From the NCBI GenBank assembly GCA_965287045.1, contig OZ336885.1, positions 66,402,001 to 66,466,000 of the forward strand: a DNA stretch of 64,000 bases, in the 5' to 3' direction. A program made the translations under genes and the position numbers. Source of the stretch: Carcharhinus amblyrhynchos. Taxonomy: Eukaryota. The stretch's first letter is position 1; each line of letters opens with the position of its first letter. Positions 39,250-52,160 of the stretch are shown here, one piece after another. The notes beneath the pieces are model-generated. The model saw only the letters and a list, made by a program, of their open reading frames with translations, ran no database searches and was not told the origin of the DNA.

Positions 39250-41150
39250 GCGTGTCCCCATCTTTCTCTCCATCACAGCTTGACCTCATCTGTATAAACC
39301 TCTCTTTCACTTTCAGCCATCATTTTTTTGTTTCTGTCAAGCACAGCCCACTTGTTCAACAAAATACTGATCAGTCTCTCCACTGCTCTATCTCCTTCAC
39401 CTTGTCTCGCAGCCCATCCCTATCGCTTCACTATATCCAGAGGCTTGCTCCACCACTTCTGCTGTGACCCCATCCATCAACCTCCTCTCTCGCTCCATCA
39501 ACTTAGGACTATCTCAGCGGTGCCCAACCTTCTTTCTCTTTTTTTTTCTCTTCAACAACTCCCCTCCACTCCCACCAAATATGTTTGTCCACCACAACGA
39601 TCTATCCACCCCCAGCACATCACCTTCCTACTACCACCGATGCCCGTTCTCTCCAATGGCCCCCTCGTTTATCACAGATTCTGAATCTTCATGCTTCATC
39701 GTCCTATCATCACATTCTCTCCAAAACCATCCGTTCATCTACACCAAATCTTCTCTCCACGAACCATGCAAGATCCGCCCCCTCTCTCTCTCTCCGACAC
39801 CACAGCCCTCTCTTGTTCGAAATATAACCTTTCCCGTTCGAACATTTCTCTTCCACCACGTTTTCCCTCCTGATCCTTTCTCCCTCTCCACTCTCTCTCT
39901 ACCACCCCTCGCTCCTCCGCAACGTTTCTCCATCTCCACCATTATCACTCCCTTGCTCTGCTGCCCTCTTACTTTGCGAAAGTACAAACTCCCAGCCCAA
40001 TAACCCATCCCTCTACCGCAAATATCTCCAAAGCATATCTCTCTCCACCAGATTTCTTTGTCCACCACCATGCGGCTCCCTTCCAATCCTCTCTCGGCCG
40101 CAATCACCTTCCCTCTCCACGCTATCTCGCTTTCTCCACCTCTCAATTGCAACCTGCCTCTTCACCAACTATTTGTCTTTACTGTGTTCAGATTTCATGC
40201 CAGCATGTTTTCTTTTCTACCATTCTAATATCAGTCCTCTTTCCAGTCTCTTGTCTGCTTCCCTCTAATAATGTAGTGTTATTTTATCTACGAAACAACC
40301 TACCTCTCTCTCTCTGCCTCTCCATCTCTTTCAATCTCCATGTATCTTGTTCTCTCTTTAACCCATTTCCTTCCATTGATCTCTCTTCTCGCTATGCTTT
40401 GTCTCTCCAGACATTAGCTTCCACAGCCCTACACTCTTTGTGACACTATAATCAATTCGTCTTTTTGGTATTTTGCCCTCGTTCTCTCTCTCATTTCTTC
40501 CTCATTCTGTCCCTTCTTTCTGACCAGAATCTTCCCCCTCCCCTCACCTAGTCTTCCTCTTTCATCTCTGTTGTATGTTTGTATGTTACTCCACAAAGAC
40601 ACATCGTTTTTTTGTCAGGTCCAACAAGACCTGTTAATCATAGTGCATTATTATTTATGCATGCATTGTTTACAGTCCTTAGATGAGTTATCTTCATACT
40701 GCCCCTTTCTTACACACTAACATTTTTTCTGCTCTAATTGCCCTACAAAAAGTAGTGGGCATTGTTGAATTCCAAGTCTGGTATTTGTCCTCACTGGCCA
40801 GAGGTCATTTGTCTACACTCACCCCTCTCACATTCTCCTCCCCAAACTCCTCAAATCCTCAATATCCTATACCTCATTCCCAAATACTTTACTCTGGCGT
40901 ATACTGCCCCGCGATTGTTCTTTTCACAGTTCCCTCATTCTACCGATCTCCGTCTTCCACACGTTTCTCTCCTCTACTGCTATTCACAACATACTCTGTC
41001 CCATTCTCTTCTTTCTACGCCCTCTGCTCCTTCATTTTCTATTCTCTTATTTCACGCTATATTTCTATTTATCTCACTTAGTCTCTTGATTTTCTGCCCT
41101 TCTCATTGCATTAAACACGTCAACTGCTCAGGAAGCTTCTCTTTGATACA
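39250..41150. repeat. Pyrimidine-rich (C/T on +) low-complexity tract, about 1.9 kb
   Basis: Strong G depletion on the + strand with many tctctc/ccctc words. Confidence 0.75.
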
Positions 41151-43314
41151 TAATCACTTCACTAGGTAACACTCTGCCCTGGTCGGTCTTCGCCCTCACC
41201 AGAACTTCAGCGAATGTAAGTGTTACGTATTGCCAAAGTCATTCAAGACAGATGTACATTCGGAGGTGAGACATCAGGCAGGCATCAACTTCCACAGTGT
41301 GCTCTACTCAGTGGGCACGGGAAGGGCCTCTGGGACAAAGCTAAGTTCAACTCAGGTCGATGCGGTCCAAAATCGCCATTTCGGGGAGTAAGACTGGGAA
41401 AAATCACTTGCAGGCCTGAGCATTGACACTATTCGGGGCGTCCATTTTTGAAGCAGTTGCGAAGGCTAGCAAATAGGTCACACCTCCTTCCTGGATTCCT
41501 ATCCATATCACAGATGAGAGAATTCCCTACATGATGAGGACTAGAATCGAGGTTAGAGGGCATAGCGCTGACATTGCAAAATTCCACAGGATGAGGCGTC
41601 TGAAGACTTCAGTTGTTGTCCTAAAGTGATTGCCATGAACAGACAGACTAGAGGATCTATAGAAGAAGGAAGTGAAATTTACTGCCAAACATTAAAAAAA
41701 CGGCGACCTGTCAACACGAGTGCCAATATTCGCCCTTTCCCAATCAGCAACTTGTGTGTTTTGTTTAATTTCTGTGACCTTTCAACTACAGGTAGCTGCT
41801 TCCTCAATATCTACAACTGAAGTAGAGGGTACTGTTTCCAAACCCTTTGGCCTGAAATGACCTCCTTGGGCACCGTCTCATGCCTGGAACGTTCTGCCCA
41901 CTGATTCTTTCGCGCAGTATAGAAGGGTAACTGCTTCCGTCCTTGGTGTCAGCGTCCAGACGATTTCTGCTCAGAGGGACTGGAGTGTCAGGTGGGCTGG
42001 AGACAACCAGGGTTTTCTAACTGAAGGGCCCCGGTCTGGAGTCCTTCTCCTCGTGTTCCCGAGGTCGTTGTGCTTCTCCATGGGAAGGAGCCGCAAGGAG
42101 AGTAATGTAAAAGGGCATAAAATCCCCATAAAATTGAAACGAGGGCATCGACTCAACTTGTCAATTAAAATTTGCAAGTCGTAGCAATGACCTCGAATCT
42201 ACTTGGTTTGCATAGTTATGTTTCCAATAACGAGGGAAGAACTCTCAGGTTCAATAGAATAATGAGCCCTCATCCAATTGATAGGTAAAGAGTTATTGGC
42301 TCATACGATAATGCACAATATTGCAATTGGAACCTCCAGTTTGGATGATAAGCTGGAGGGGGAAATAGAAGCGTTCAGAAGAGTATATCAATCTGACACG
42401 TGTACTGTTAAACCTGAAAGATTACTTCAAGTTAAAGTTAAAAATTATTTGTTTGCCACGCGTCGGCTTATACTAACACTGCAATGAAGGTACATTGACA
42501 ATCCCCTGATGCTTGCTGACTTTTTTTTTCTCTCCTGTTGGGTGCATTAGCAATAAACATATTTTTGTTCTGTAACTGTATGCTTCTTTCGTGGTTTCTG
42601 TGTTCGTTGGTTTCAGTTGAATACTAGAATCCCCAGTGGGATATCCTGGAAAATTGCTCTTAAGATTTGGCGCTGGTGTTAAGGACACACCGGTGTCCAG
42701 AGGAGAGGCCTATTTCTAAAATGTGAGTGAGTGAATTTCTTTAAAATAGCCGCAGAAGACAGGGGCTTACACATCTTTGGCAGTCAGAAGCAGCAAGTTG
42801 AATATCTTGGTCTGGGGAAGAGTTGCAAAAACAGTTTGCATGTACATAATCCCTGTTTAATGTAGAGAGCAGAGGATGGACTCTCGAATCCCACCTAAGC
42901 AGCAGAGTAATAAAATTGGGGCCAAACGGACAGAAAGGACATTTGAAGAGAAGCTATGCTTAAATTTAGGGGAAGGGGACAGGAGCTTTGATTCCCCCAT
43001 GCAGCAGAGCGAAAAGTTGTGCAGCAGGCTAACATCAATGGACTCGACCGTCCAAACAAAGACGGCTGGCCCCGGCGGTTGTAACCAACTTTCACGGATT
43101 CGGGAGAATAGGGGACGAAGCCACGTGTGGGAGGCGACAGGGAGAGGTCCCAAGGTACGAGAACCTGTGGGAGACTTGTCAGGGAGAGAGAGAGAGAGAG
43201 ACACAAGCGAGGGAAGCGAGGGATTAAAGAAGAAAGCAGGCAGCCAACTTTCTGTGTGTGTAAGAGAGTCGTGAAAGTTTCGGGTGTGTTGAGAGCGGGA
43301 TGCAAGGAGTTAAT

Positions 43315-43316
<2 letters not shown>

Positions 43317-43354
<38 letters not shown>
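43317..43354. repeat. (AG)n microsatellite in the ERV leader
   Basis: Directly visible, with a shorter run at about 43184-43201. Confidence 0.9.
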
Positions 43355-43361
<7 letters not shown>

Positions 43362-44429
43362 CAACCTGTTTGTTTACGGAGTGAGATTAGACGGGTTGGA
43401 CGCCATCTTGTGGTAGACTAGGGTATGATAGAAAATACAATCTTGTCTGAAATGTAATAATAGGTTGGACGAAAAATTCTACTGGTGCTTATTTGTGTAA
43501 GTTCAATAAATTATTTACCCCTAGTTGGAATTTTACAATTGTGAGAATGTTGCAGAGTTAAGATCAAAGAGATTAGAATGTATATGTATTCTTAAAATAT
43601 TAACTCTTAATTTTTTTTGATCTGGGAAATAGTCGGTGCCCATGACAATTTTCAATAGAAAGAATAACAATTTGACAGAGATTTGAGCTCTGCCATTTGG
43701 AAAAGTAAATTTAAGAACTGCGTCAATTTGGAAATTACTTCACATTACATCCGTAAAGTTGCAAGTAGAGTTAACTATTTTTGGAAACAGTTGATTTGAT
43801 TTTATGTGGTTCGGAAACTGGGAGGAGAGTTGCAGAAATAATTAAACATCCAAACGTTAAGCCTATACTGCAGAGATTGTAAGTAAGTGTCAAAGTCTTA
43901 ATACCATTACATTTACAGATTATTATAGTTGGAGATGAGGGAAATAATTGAGTCCAATAAATGAGCATTCAAGGAAAGGAGCAGGTTTGCGAGATATCGA
44001 TGAGATACAGGAAGTGAATAGAGTAATGAAGGAGACGTTATAGACGAGCTGGTAGGACAGGCGTAGTATAAAATTAAAGGTGGGGTTCATTTGATGAATA
44101 CAGGGAACAACAATGGTGATACGAGAAAATAGATTTTTGAAGACAATCTAAAAAAGTAAACGACAGTTCAGGTGGTAGCGATGAACGAAGGAACAAAGAT
44201 TTTTTTTTAGAAAAAGAGGTCAGATAGACACTAATGTACATTTGAAAATCACCAACACTGGTTTCTAAGTTTAGGATTATTCTGACATAAGAAAATGTTT
44301 AGTAAGCAAACTACTTTAATAAAATGATGCTATTTAAGAGAAAGAATGAACAATAAAAAAGCTATTGCCTGAAATCGAATTGAAAGGTGTGATTCCTTTT
44401 TTCGAAGATGTTCTAATGCTATAGAATTC

Positions 44430-46835
44430 AGTTAAAGAAATAAGTTATCCTTTGTGTCTCAAGGCCTCTCACCAGAAAAGCGATAAGACAAGTATTGGAA
44501 TCTCTTCAGCTATTGGAGGGATTTTGTGGAGGATTTCTCCCAAGCAGCAAAGCCCTTATAGGGTGTGATAAAGGGGAAGAGAGCTAATCGAGAAAAGATA
44601 GAGTGGAAAGGGACAGAAATATTGGCCCTTTCATATTTAAAACAAGCTATGAGAGGCTCAGCACTGGGATTGCCTGATCTCATCAAACCGTTCCACACAT
44701 TCTGTGAGGAAAATGATGGAATCCAGGCAGCTCAGCGGTATGGGGGCAGATTAAGACCAGTGTAGTATTACTTCTGAAATTCAGTTGCCAGAGGAATGCA
44801 ACAATGCCTGAGTGTGCTAGCTTGCGCCAGGTCGGCGATCAGTGCTTCGGAGACCCTCCCATTGATGAGGAAAATAATTCTCCAAAGCCGAATGCTATTG
44901 TCCAGCTCCTAGAAGCGGGAAGATTGAAAGGGCTTAATGTGAACGCATATAGCATCGCCGTGGTGAATAAAGAGGGAGAGGTGATTTCGGGGGAGCAGAT
45001 CCCAGGAACTAATTCAGCACACAGAGCAGACTTGGTAGCTTTAACTCCAGCTTCGGAGTGGAGAAAAGGAAAAAAAGAGTCATCGATTTTACAGACAGTA
45101 GTAATTTTTTGGGGGGATTGTGCATGATTTAATGGCAGCTTGGGGCAGATGTGTTTTTGTGACATCAAGTGAGGGGGGTCACAATCAGATCGAAACGTTG
45201 TCCAAAGAGTTATTCCAAGTTACTTTGGGTGCAGCAGCAATAAAAGTCCCAGCTGACAGGAAAATTCAGGGCAAAGTACAGCCAGGGAATGATTTAGCCG
45301 ACAAGGTAACAAAGACCTTAGTGAACAGAATTACGAGAGCTCACAGCCTGTATGATTAGCAGCTGTAGCAGTTGAGGGACCCCAGGTATTAATGCAAAAT
45401 AAGTGCAGGAAGAAGCAAATGAAAAGGAAAAGGAACAATGGAAAAAAGATGGAGGATGGAAAGGTCATAATAGAATATGGAGGAGTTCGGGGAAAATAAT
45501 GTCTCCTAAAGTTTACAGCACTCGCTCTTGAAGATTTATCTCGGAATACCACACACAGCCAGAGACAGAATAGTTGATTTATTGAAGAAACCTTGTGATG
45601 GAAAGAGATGGGCGTCGGGGGTGGGGGGAGGGGTGCGAGGGTGCAGATATAGCAAAGTTTTGTCAGACGGACTTGCAGTGTGCCGTCGTGGAACTTGGTC
45701 ACGCCTGCAAGATTAAAGTGGGGTGTCGGCTACGTCACCTAGGGCCGTGGGAAAATTTACAAATGGATTTCACAGGGCCTTTACCACGGGAGCAGGGAAA
45801 AACGTAATGTTTAATAAGTGTGGCCGCGATTCTCTCATCCCGACTCACAAATTTTCTGCTGAGTCGTGGTGGAAGATGCGCGTTGCGCCTTGTTCCCGGA
45901 TTTCCAATGCCTGCAAAAAGTCATCGGACAGACCTCGCTGGACAGGCCACGCCTCGGCATGGGCAGACTGGCAGTGCAGGCCTATGCCTCCTGCGTTGTC
46001 CGAAGGGCACCTTGGCACTGCCCAGCGGGCATGGGACAGTGCCAACGGGGGAGGGCCTATCCTGAAAGGGTGTAGGGGCAATTGGTGGGGATGGGGTTTC
46101 CTCCTGCCAGTCTGCATAGCGTTTGGTCAGGGATGGAGCAAAGGCAGCGTGGCCTGGTGAGAGTGTGGTCTGTCGAGTGGGCCTGCCACCGGGGGTTGGG
46201 ATGGGGTCTGACCCCGGGGGAGATGGGGGCGGGGGTGTTCTGCCGGGTAGAGGGGAATGCGGGGATTGCCACTGCTGGGGGCGGGGGGGGGAGCTCCAGG
46301 ATGCGGGCGTGGGTTCATGGCTCGCCGGGAATTGTTGTGGGGCCAGCGATTGGGCCTTGGGAGGGGTAGCATTGCGGGGGTCGCAGGCTAGCCAGCCATT
46401 AAGCTAGCCAGCAAACGCGGAATCTGACAGACCGGAGCCACTGGGCATGTGCAGTGTTCAAGAACTGCCAGACTCCGTGCAAATAGACCCCAAACCCTTG
46501 AGTTTTTTAATGATACACGATTGGGAACTCTGCAGTGCATCGAGTAGAGAGATTTGGGTGAGGAACTGAACTGACAAAACAGTCAGTTTTGGAACAGTTT
46601 CCCTGCCAATTCAGCACTTTTGGGAGAATCATAGCCTGTATTCCAGTTTACTCGATAGGTTGAAGCATTCCAATGTAAAGATGCAACCGCCAAAACAATA
46701 GCTTTGACATTAGCAAATGAGCTAATTCGCAGGCGGGGAATGCCTCTTCAGTTACATTCACATCAGGCTACCCATTTCACAGGTAGAGTTTTGAAAGTGG
46801 TCTGTCGAATGTGGGGAATAAAACAACGTTTCTCA
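44430..46835 (+). pseudogene. ERV pol remnant (RT thumb/connection, RNase H, integrase)
   Basis: Motifs as listed for the ERV, across ORFs 44565, 44804, 45120 and 45595 and at 46640-46830. Many stops and frameshifts. The integrase is split by an insertion. Confidence 0.88.
45822..46636. mobile_element. GC-rich non-autonomous DNA transposon (MITE, PIF/Harbinger-like) inserted in the ERV integrase
   Basis: Imperfect TIRs ggccgcgattctc ... gagaatcatagcc, 3-bp tgt on both flanks, and integrase sequence resuming across it. Confidence 0.75.
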
Positions 46836-47149
46836 TACCTTGTCTGAGAGTTATAAGAGACCGTATGCATTTTCTCAAAAAAAAATGTATTCGTGCAACA
46901 GCAGCTGAGAGATTAGAATAAACTGACAGGAAACAGTACGCCTAAACTGCCCACAGCAGGAGATAAGACAATGATGAAACTCATGACTGACAAAAAAGGG
47001 ATTCTCATGCTACTGGGAAGCACCTTTTGATGTGATGATTACAAGGCAAACAATCACCCTGATTGATAAGTGCAGACACTGGACTCAGTTAAAATGTTAT
47101 CCCAGTGGGAAACCTCCAAACAGCGAACCTGACACAATGACTGGATGAC

Positions 47150-48660
47150 TTATTATTATTGTCTACACATCATGACTTATTATTATAAGTGAAGTAGAGA
47201 GAGTCTGATTAGATCAAGTTTTTTTTGTTATTAATTATAAAGCCACAAAGCATTCTGGATTTTATTGCAAATTATATGCTAGCAAAGATACAGGGAGCTC
47301 TAAAATGACAACTACAATCACGGCGCAGCTCCAATCAAGATCAACCAGACAGCCCCCAATGCAGAAGCAAGTCAAGTCCAGAGCGTTTTGTAAATACGTT
47401 TTACCATTACGCCTTGACATTGTCCAACAATTGCATCCAATTGTAAGACAAAAGTTGTGTTATAATGACTGCATCTTTCGTTATTCTTTTAGTATTGAAT
47501 GTACAGAAGTTGACTGAAGTAGAGTCAATTTCTGGGATGTTTCATTGATTTGGAGAAGTACGTGTGAACACATCTATATGTGGCATATACATATGCAGCG
47601 ATGACTAACCAAAGTGTTGGTTTTGTTCACATATTCCCATCCATGCGGGAAGAGGAATGCCTTTAAAGCCAACACTGCTGACATGGCTAGAGTTAATAAT
47701 GACAGATCAGATAGTTCAGAAGACTAGGCATCCTGGACACTATATACCAGCATTTGACAACACAGATATGTGCAGAAAGTACCATACCAGTAGGTACTGT
47801 GCAGGGAACATAGGTTATATGAGATGGAACAAACCCGTATATAAACTAAAAAAAATGTAAGCTCCCAATCTGTTTTTGGAACAGCAAACCCGAAATCAAA
47901 AGGGACTAACTGTATGCAAAATCTCGCAAAGGCCCTGGGAAGAATTTAGCGGTAGGTGATTGCAACTACCAAATGGGTCAGAACAGCCGATCAACCTGAA
48001 TCCGCCCAAAAGTGACCAGTCATCTAAGATACCCTGTTACTATGCAACACGTACCCAAAATTCAATTGAATTATTCCATCTGCAGAACCAAAGCATATCC
48101 TTGGCTCTCAATTGAACGGAAAGGGCCGTGTTCCCTTGGGTGTGTGCGGCTATGCATATGTCACACCCACAAACTCCTTCCCTTGCTAAGACATCGACGA
48201 GCAATTTCAGAAGCAGAATAATTCTTTGGCATACTGCAGTGGAATAGCTAAGGCATTGCGAGAGGTTATAACATTGCGCAATTTTTTTTTTGAACAAGCT
48301 AACAATGACACAGCCACTAACATAGCTGCAAAAAAAATGAGATCACTGTCATGCGCCCTGTGTTGCTTCAGCATCAGTTTGACATTGAATTATGTCTTGG
48401 CAAAAAGCGATGGGACGTGTGCAGTGATTGAGGCAGGCTGTTGCTCTACATACCAGATAGTTCAGAAAACCTAATCAATCTGGCTGCTCACATCGGAATA
48501 TAGGAGGGGAAATTTAAACAAACGCCACTGTCTACCACGGGTGAATGACTGTCAGGATGGCTGGATGCAGTGGAAACTTCAATCTTATAAGGATTGCAGA
48601 TGATCTTGGCATGATGATCCTGGCATTCATATAGCTGCAACATGAGTTTCTAACTCTAAT
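47150..48660 (+). pseudogene. ERV env remnant
   Basis: Furin-type site RHRR at 48189-48200, then a fusion-peptide/heptad region, an ISD-like segment and CX6CC (CAVIEAGCC, about 48418-48444). Disrupted, and the 5' limit is approximate. Confidence 0.8.
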
Positions 48661-48744
48661 ATTCAATGTTCTGGCTGATGACGGTAAGTGTGGCATGCGT
48701 CTTCTTAATGGACTTGGTCACAAATATTTCTACCTTCAGGGAAA

Positions 48745-49260
48745 TGTGACCTGCACGCACAGAACCCTCTATGTATTTATGTTGCTAAAGGTTCTGCCAT
48801 TTACATGTTTACAAAATAATTCACATCTAAATTTAATCCCCCAAAATGCATCATTTCGCAATTGTCCCTGTTAAACTCGACCTGCCGTTCCTGTGTCCAA
48901 TTCTCTAATCTATCTGTATCCTCTTGTGTTCTCTGAGAATCTTAGGGCTTATCAGTAACTCCACCAATCTTCGTATCATACATAAACTTACTAATCAGAC
49001 CACACATCTCCCTCCAGATCATTTATATATAGTACAAGCAACTGATATTCCAGCACTAATCACTGTAACACACCACTAGCTACAGATCTCTATTCTCAAA
49101 AACATCCTTCCACGAGAGCTCGTTGTCATCCATGACCAAACCAGTTCTGCATTCATCTCGCCAACGCACCACGAATTCCAAGTGATTTTAGATTATCTAC
49201 TAGCATGGCAAGTGCGACCTTGCCAAAGTATTACTAAGGTACATATAAATTGCATCCATA
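48745..49260 (-). mobile_element. Degenerate CR1 RT fragment
   Basis: ISKFMYDTKIGG-like (KFADDTKIGG) and KCEMMHFG-like remnants on the - strand. Confidence 0.65.
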
Positions 49261-50139
49261 GTTGAATTATTCGACTACAAAGTTTCCGACTGCGATCTTG
49301 GATCACAAAAATAATGTTATTTTCATAACAATCTTCAGCCTAGTACATGCACAATCCAAAAAACGAAAATCAGCAGAATAAGAAAAAAGATAAACGCATC
49401 ACCGTAGAAGATAAAGGTTGTGTCTTGATGTGGCAGGGGTGGAGACTGCGATATGAGAGGAGGAGGCATTGTGTTATCGAAAAAGGAGATTATTGCTGTG
49501 GAATGAGGGACAGCGTCTTAGACAGCTCTTCACACGAGGCTAAATGAGTGGAGTGTAGTAATAAAAAGAATTGTGTCTCAGCTGTGTTTATTGGACAGGT
49601 CTCACGACAGTCGGAAGGAGATTGACGAACGGCTATGTACGGAAAAGAGAAGTGTGAGGGGAATAGGGTTGTCGTGGTCTTGTAGGTAAACTTCATCACC
49701 TTAACTGGAATCCCCTTTGTGCGATAGATTTGGATTTTTTTAAAAGGAGAGCCATTTGTGTCTCTGCGTAAGTTGTCCTCCTTGGGATGAGGCAGTACTT
49801 AACCTAATGCAAGGAAGTGATTCGAGGCAAGCTTTGAAGTGGTCGCGGCTAATCAGTTTACGAATAGTAACCATAAATCTGCAAAGTTATCATAGAACTG
49901 GAAACGATATTCCAAAACCAAATGCCTAAATTGGGGGCAGCCCGATTTCAACACCAATAGACAGGACTTCGCAAACACAAATTGCAAGCAACCACTTGCA
50001 GTTAAATATATTTAATAAGTGGAAGTTATTTAAAAGTGAAATAGTAAAACTTTATAGTCAACAGGTTCCTCTAAGGGGATGGTGACATTCAAAACATATC
50101 CAGTCTTTAAAAAAAAACATGAAAGGTATAGAAAATAAA

Positions 50140-50365
50140 AACCGGAGGAGGTCAGTCCCACGCTCCTTCGAAATGGAGCTGCGCCGGATGTTGCACGCAA
50201 TCAATGTGACAAAAGCCACCCTCTTTCCCAGTGTATGCAATAGACTATCTGAAAATATCACGGCAGAATGCTCAGAGGAGAATGCTTTCAGCAGCAACAG
50301 GTTACCTAGAAGGAAAACAATGCAATGTAGGAAGAAAATTAACGACCTCCTCAAAGCTGCAATAG
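50140..50365 (+). mobile_element. Harbinger-type ORF1 Myb/SANT-like (trihelix) domain remnant
   Basis: RSVPRSFEMELRRMLHAI...TLFP...RKTMQCRKKINDLLKAA, followed by a donor-like gtaaga. Confidence 0.65.
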
Positions 50366-50749
50366 TAAGAACACACTTGTCCTCAACTCGCAACGTTCAC
50401 AGCCCTAACCATAGCCATGTTACCAGCAGTGCTTGTTGGCCTACCAGCACTTCCCACAGATCTGGTGGTGTTTCTGAGATGACCGGTACCGTCAGAAATT
50501 CACACAATACAAGATTCACGAAGTCAGTGTCTCAGTTTAAAGATGTAACTTTTTTAGACCAGCTGCCAATAGAGAAAACATCAAAAGGTCAAGGCAGCTC
50601 TGAGTTAGAGCGGCAGGACTTCTCCAATGTAGTGTGACGCATATAATTCAAAACCGATCAATTATTTGTTGTCTCATCAATTACTCCCGTCTTCTAACTA
50701 AATCAGATACTTTCTGTACCCTCTTCCAAAACATTAATATAAAGAATGA

Positions 50750-52160
50750 ACAGTTGGAGGTAATTAGCTGGGTTGGATTTGTCCTACTTTATTGTGTACA
50801 GAACATGCCTGGGCAATGTTTCACATTTTTGGGTAGATGTCAATGTTGTAACTGTATTGGAAGAGCTTGTCTAGGGAAGCAGCAAGTTGCCGGTGTTTTA
50901 TCAGGGCCCCTTGCCTCTGTGGTATCCAACACCGCCAACCAGTTCTTGATATCACGTGGAAATAATCGAATTGGCTGGAGACTGGCACCTGAGATGGGGG
51001 CGACCACTGGAGGAGGCCGAGATGGATCATCCACGTGGCATTCCTGGCTGAAAGTTGATGAGAATACTTCAGTCTTATCATTTGAACTGATGTGTTGGAT
51101 TCCTCCATCGTTGAGGTTGGGGGTATTTGTGAAGCCTCTTCCTGCAGTGAGTTGTTTAATTGTCCATCACCAATCACAATAGGTGTTGAAGGACTGCAGA
51201 TCTTGGATCGGATCCGTTGGTTGTGGGATCGCTTAGTGTTGTCTGCCACTTGCTGTTTTTGCCGTTTAGCATGAAAGTAGTCCTGTTTGGTAGCTTCACC
51301 AGGTTGACACATCATTTTTCATTATGCCTGGTTCTGCCCCTGGCATGCCCCTGCCTCCTGAACTCTCCGTTGAACTAGTGTTGACCTCTTGGCTTGATGG
51401 TAATGGTTGAGTGAGGGATATGTGGTGCCATAAGTTTGCACATTGTGCTGGGGTACAAATCTGCTGCTGACGATAACCCGCAATGCCTTATGGATGCCTA
51501 GTCTTGATCTGCTAGATCAGTTGGATATCTGCCCCATTTATCATGGTGATAGTGCCACCCAACACGACAGAGGTTATTCTCAGCGTGAAGGTGAAATATT
51601 GCCTCTGCAAGAACTGTGCAGTGGCCGCTTTCACCAATGTGGCAATGGACAGATGCATCTGCCATCGGCAGATGTTTTCCTCTTGTTGGTTCCTTCATCA
51701 CCTGCTACAGACTTAGTCTATCAGTTATATCCTTTTGGACCCGACCAGCTCAATCAGTAGTGTTGTTGCCTAGCCACTCTTGGCGTGGACCTTTAAATCC
51801 TCCACCCAGAGTACATTTTGTGCCCATGCCACCCTCGGCGCTTCCTCCAAGTGTTGTTCAAGATGCAGTAGTGCTGATTCATCAGCTGAAGGAGGATGGC
51901 ACATGCTAACCAGTAAGAGGTCTCCTTACCCATATTTTACCTGGAACCATGAGACTTCACAGGGCTCAGAGTCGATGTTAAGGAATCCGCGGGCAACACC
52001 CTCCCGACTGTATACTATTGTGTCGCTGCCTTTGTTTGGTCTGTTCTGCCATTGGGACAGCACATACCTAGAGATGGCAATGGTGGTGTCTCGGGTATTA
52101 TCTGTAAGGTATGATTCCGTGAGAATGACTACGTCAGGCTGTTGCGTGATTAGTCTGTAT
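50750..52160 (-). mobile_element. Degenerate LINE ORF2 (CR1/L2-group, Crack/Zenon-like), EN to RT N-terminus
   Basis: QPDVVILTESYL-like EN start (about 52140), KRSHNQRIRSKICSP, and DDPSRPPP..RDIKNWLAVLDTTEARGPD. Confidence 0.75.

Larger units (their letters stand above)
41221..48660 (+). mobile_element. Decayed endogenous retrovirus: putative long 5' LTR, PBS, leader, pro-pol remnants and gamma-type env; no 3' LTR recognised
   Basis: RT connection ALGLPDLIKPFHTFC..RLRPV. RNase H NSAHRADLVALT..GNDLADK. Integrase GPWENLQMDFTGPLP and VEAFQCKDATAKTIA..GMPLQLHSHQATHFTG. Env RHRR and LTLNYVLAKSDGTCAVIEAGCC. LTR limits are tentative. Confidence 0.85.

Noticed and set aside
42857-43384. Overlapping 85-136 aa ORFs in the ERV leader as gag or an accessory gene
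   Set aside because: No MHR, zinc knuckle or other motif, and they include an AG microsatellite.
45723-46407. Many overlapping ORFs
   Set aside because: A consequence of the GC-rich MITE having few stop codons.
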